Source: Nitrospirota bacterium
GTDB taxonomy: Bacteria; Nitrospirota; UBA9217
Reading direction: 5' to 3'
Assembly: GCA_963737155.1 (NCBI GenBank)
Contig: CAVTRN010000001.1
Coordinates: 256,001-320,000, forward strand
Length of the DNA: 64,000 nucleotides
Shown here piece after piece: positions 63,100 to 64,000 of this stretch; the stretch's first letter is position 1; every line of letters begins with the position of its first letter. The notes beneath the pieces were generated by a model. That model searched no databases and was not told the origin of the DNA. It was given only the letters and a program-made list of their open reading frames with translations. The position numbers were made by a program, and so were the translations under genes.

Positions 63100-63175
63100 T
63101 GCATCAAGCATGCCAGAATATAAGTAATTGATTTATTAAAATATATCTAGGATTTTCTTTCGCAAAAATGAGAAA
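63100..63175 (-). promoter_or_regulatory. sigma54 promoter (63100-63115) with IHF site (63121-63133) and palindromic upstream motif (63158-63175)
   Basis: Minus strand TGGCATGCTTGATGCA (GG-N10-GC); AATCAATTACTTA (exact WATCAAN4TTR); TTTCTCA-TTTT-TGCGAAA. Confidence 0.75.
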
Positions 63176-63430
63176 AGAATGCGTTTAATTATATGATTGC
63201 GAAACGATACAGCTGAAATTAAAAGCAGTCACTGGTCCTCGGATAACTAAAGAAAGCTCCTCCGGGCTACGACACGAAAGTTAAAACACTTGTGCTATAT
63301 CTGCATTACATTCATGGTATGATCTCCTGCTATGTCTTACTATTTTTGAATTAATCATTTTCATCGATGGTTGACTATTTTCTCTAACTGAACTATCGTG
63401 AGAAAAAATGTCGGTAACTGAACATTTTCC

Positions 63431-63592
63431 TTGAAACCTTCCGCTATAAGTGGTATTTTATTGATCGCCTTTTTAAAAGGCTATCCCACATTCCACACGC
63501 GTCATGACTCCCGGCAGGGTGCCCCGATAGTAATCAGAAGGTCTGCAGGGGGGATGAACGGCGCGGCGGTAAAAACCCGAAGGAGAAACGTT
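63431..63592 (+). promoter_or_regulatory. rpsB promoter and structured 5' leader
   Basis: TTGAAA-N17-TATTTT with extended -10 TG; leader containing CCACACGC...AAAAACCCGAAGGAG resembles rpsB (S2) leaders. Confidence 0.55.
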
Positions 63593-64000
63593 ATGTCCAC
63601 GATCACGATGAAGGAGTTGCTGGAAGCGGGGGTGCACTTCGGCCACCAAGCGAAGAGATGGAACCCCAAGATGAAGAAGTACATATTCGGAGAGCGCAAC
63701 GGGATCTATATTATTGATCTACAAAAAACGCTCAAGCTGTTCAAGGAATCCTACGATTTTGTGCGCACCTCCGCTGCCGAAGGAAAGGACATTCTTTTCG
63801 TCGGTACGAAGAAACAGGCCCAGGACGCCATCACCGAGGAAGCCAAGCGATGCGGCATGTATTACGTTTCCAGCCGCTGGCTCGGCGGGATGCTCACGAA
63901 TTTCACTACTATCCGCAAGAGCATCGACCGACTCAAAAAAATCGAAAAAATGAAAGAGGATGGCACCTACGACAAGCTGACGAAAAAGGAGGTCGCCGGA
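63593..64000 (+). CDS. rpsB: 30S ribosomal protein S2 (5' part, runs off the window)
   Basis: [61 protein letters not shown]; missing from the ORF track because it has no stop in the window. Confidence 0.97.
   Translation, partial: MSTITMKELLEAGVHFGHQAKRWNPKMKKYIFGERNGIYIIDLQKTLKLFKESYDFVRTSAAEGKDILFVGTKKQAQDAITEEAKRCGMYYVSSRWLGGMLTNFTTIRKSIDRLKKIEKMKEDGTYDKLTKKEVAG

Overview
A 64-kb stretch of mostly core chromosome from a Gram-negative bacterium of moderately high GC. Gene content and order suggest Nitrospirota or Desulfobacterota, which is an inference. It carries the mreBCD-mrdA-rodA-radical SAM-rng cell-shape cluster and an argGH-lipoprotein-lysA-dapF-dapA-dapB-dsbC-dapL-folK operon. 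It also holds dpp/opp permeases, a nuclease-fused DinG/XPD helicase, a lipid-linked glycosylation cassette, rsmA, prfC, trpB2, RNase P RNA, tRNA-Ile2, rpsU-yqeY-mutS2-dnaG-rpoD, rplM-rpsI-argC-argJ and the start of rpsB. No CRISPR array, rRNA or prophage was seen. The best candidate for an undescribed system is a two-gene cassette of mutually homologous, Gly-rich ~100-aa membrane proteins present twice (40400-41088 + and 62414-63062 -). Each copy is preceded by the same sigma54 promoter, IHF-like site and palindromic upstream motif at near-identical spacing. A GGDEF cyclase inserted in the mre operon also has a sigma54 promoter, and a decayed PilZ-like gene lies nearby. Other points of note: an LptM/YifL-like lipoprotein extended with FN3 domains (one recently duplicated) in an operon with dsbC, a cyclophilin with a likely second internal start, an IS605-group element that has lost tnpB, and an IS630 relic. 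All calls were made by eye from motifs; no database searches were run.
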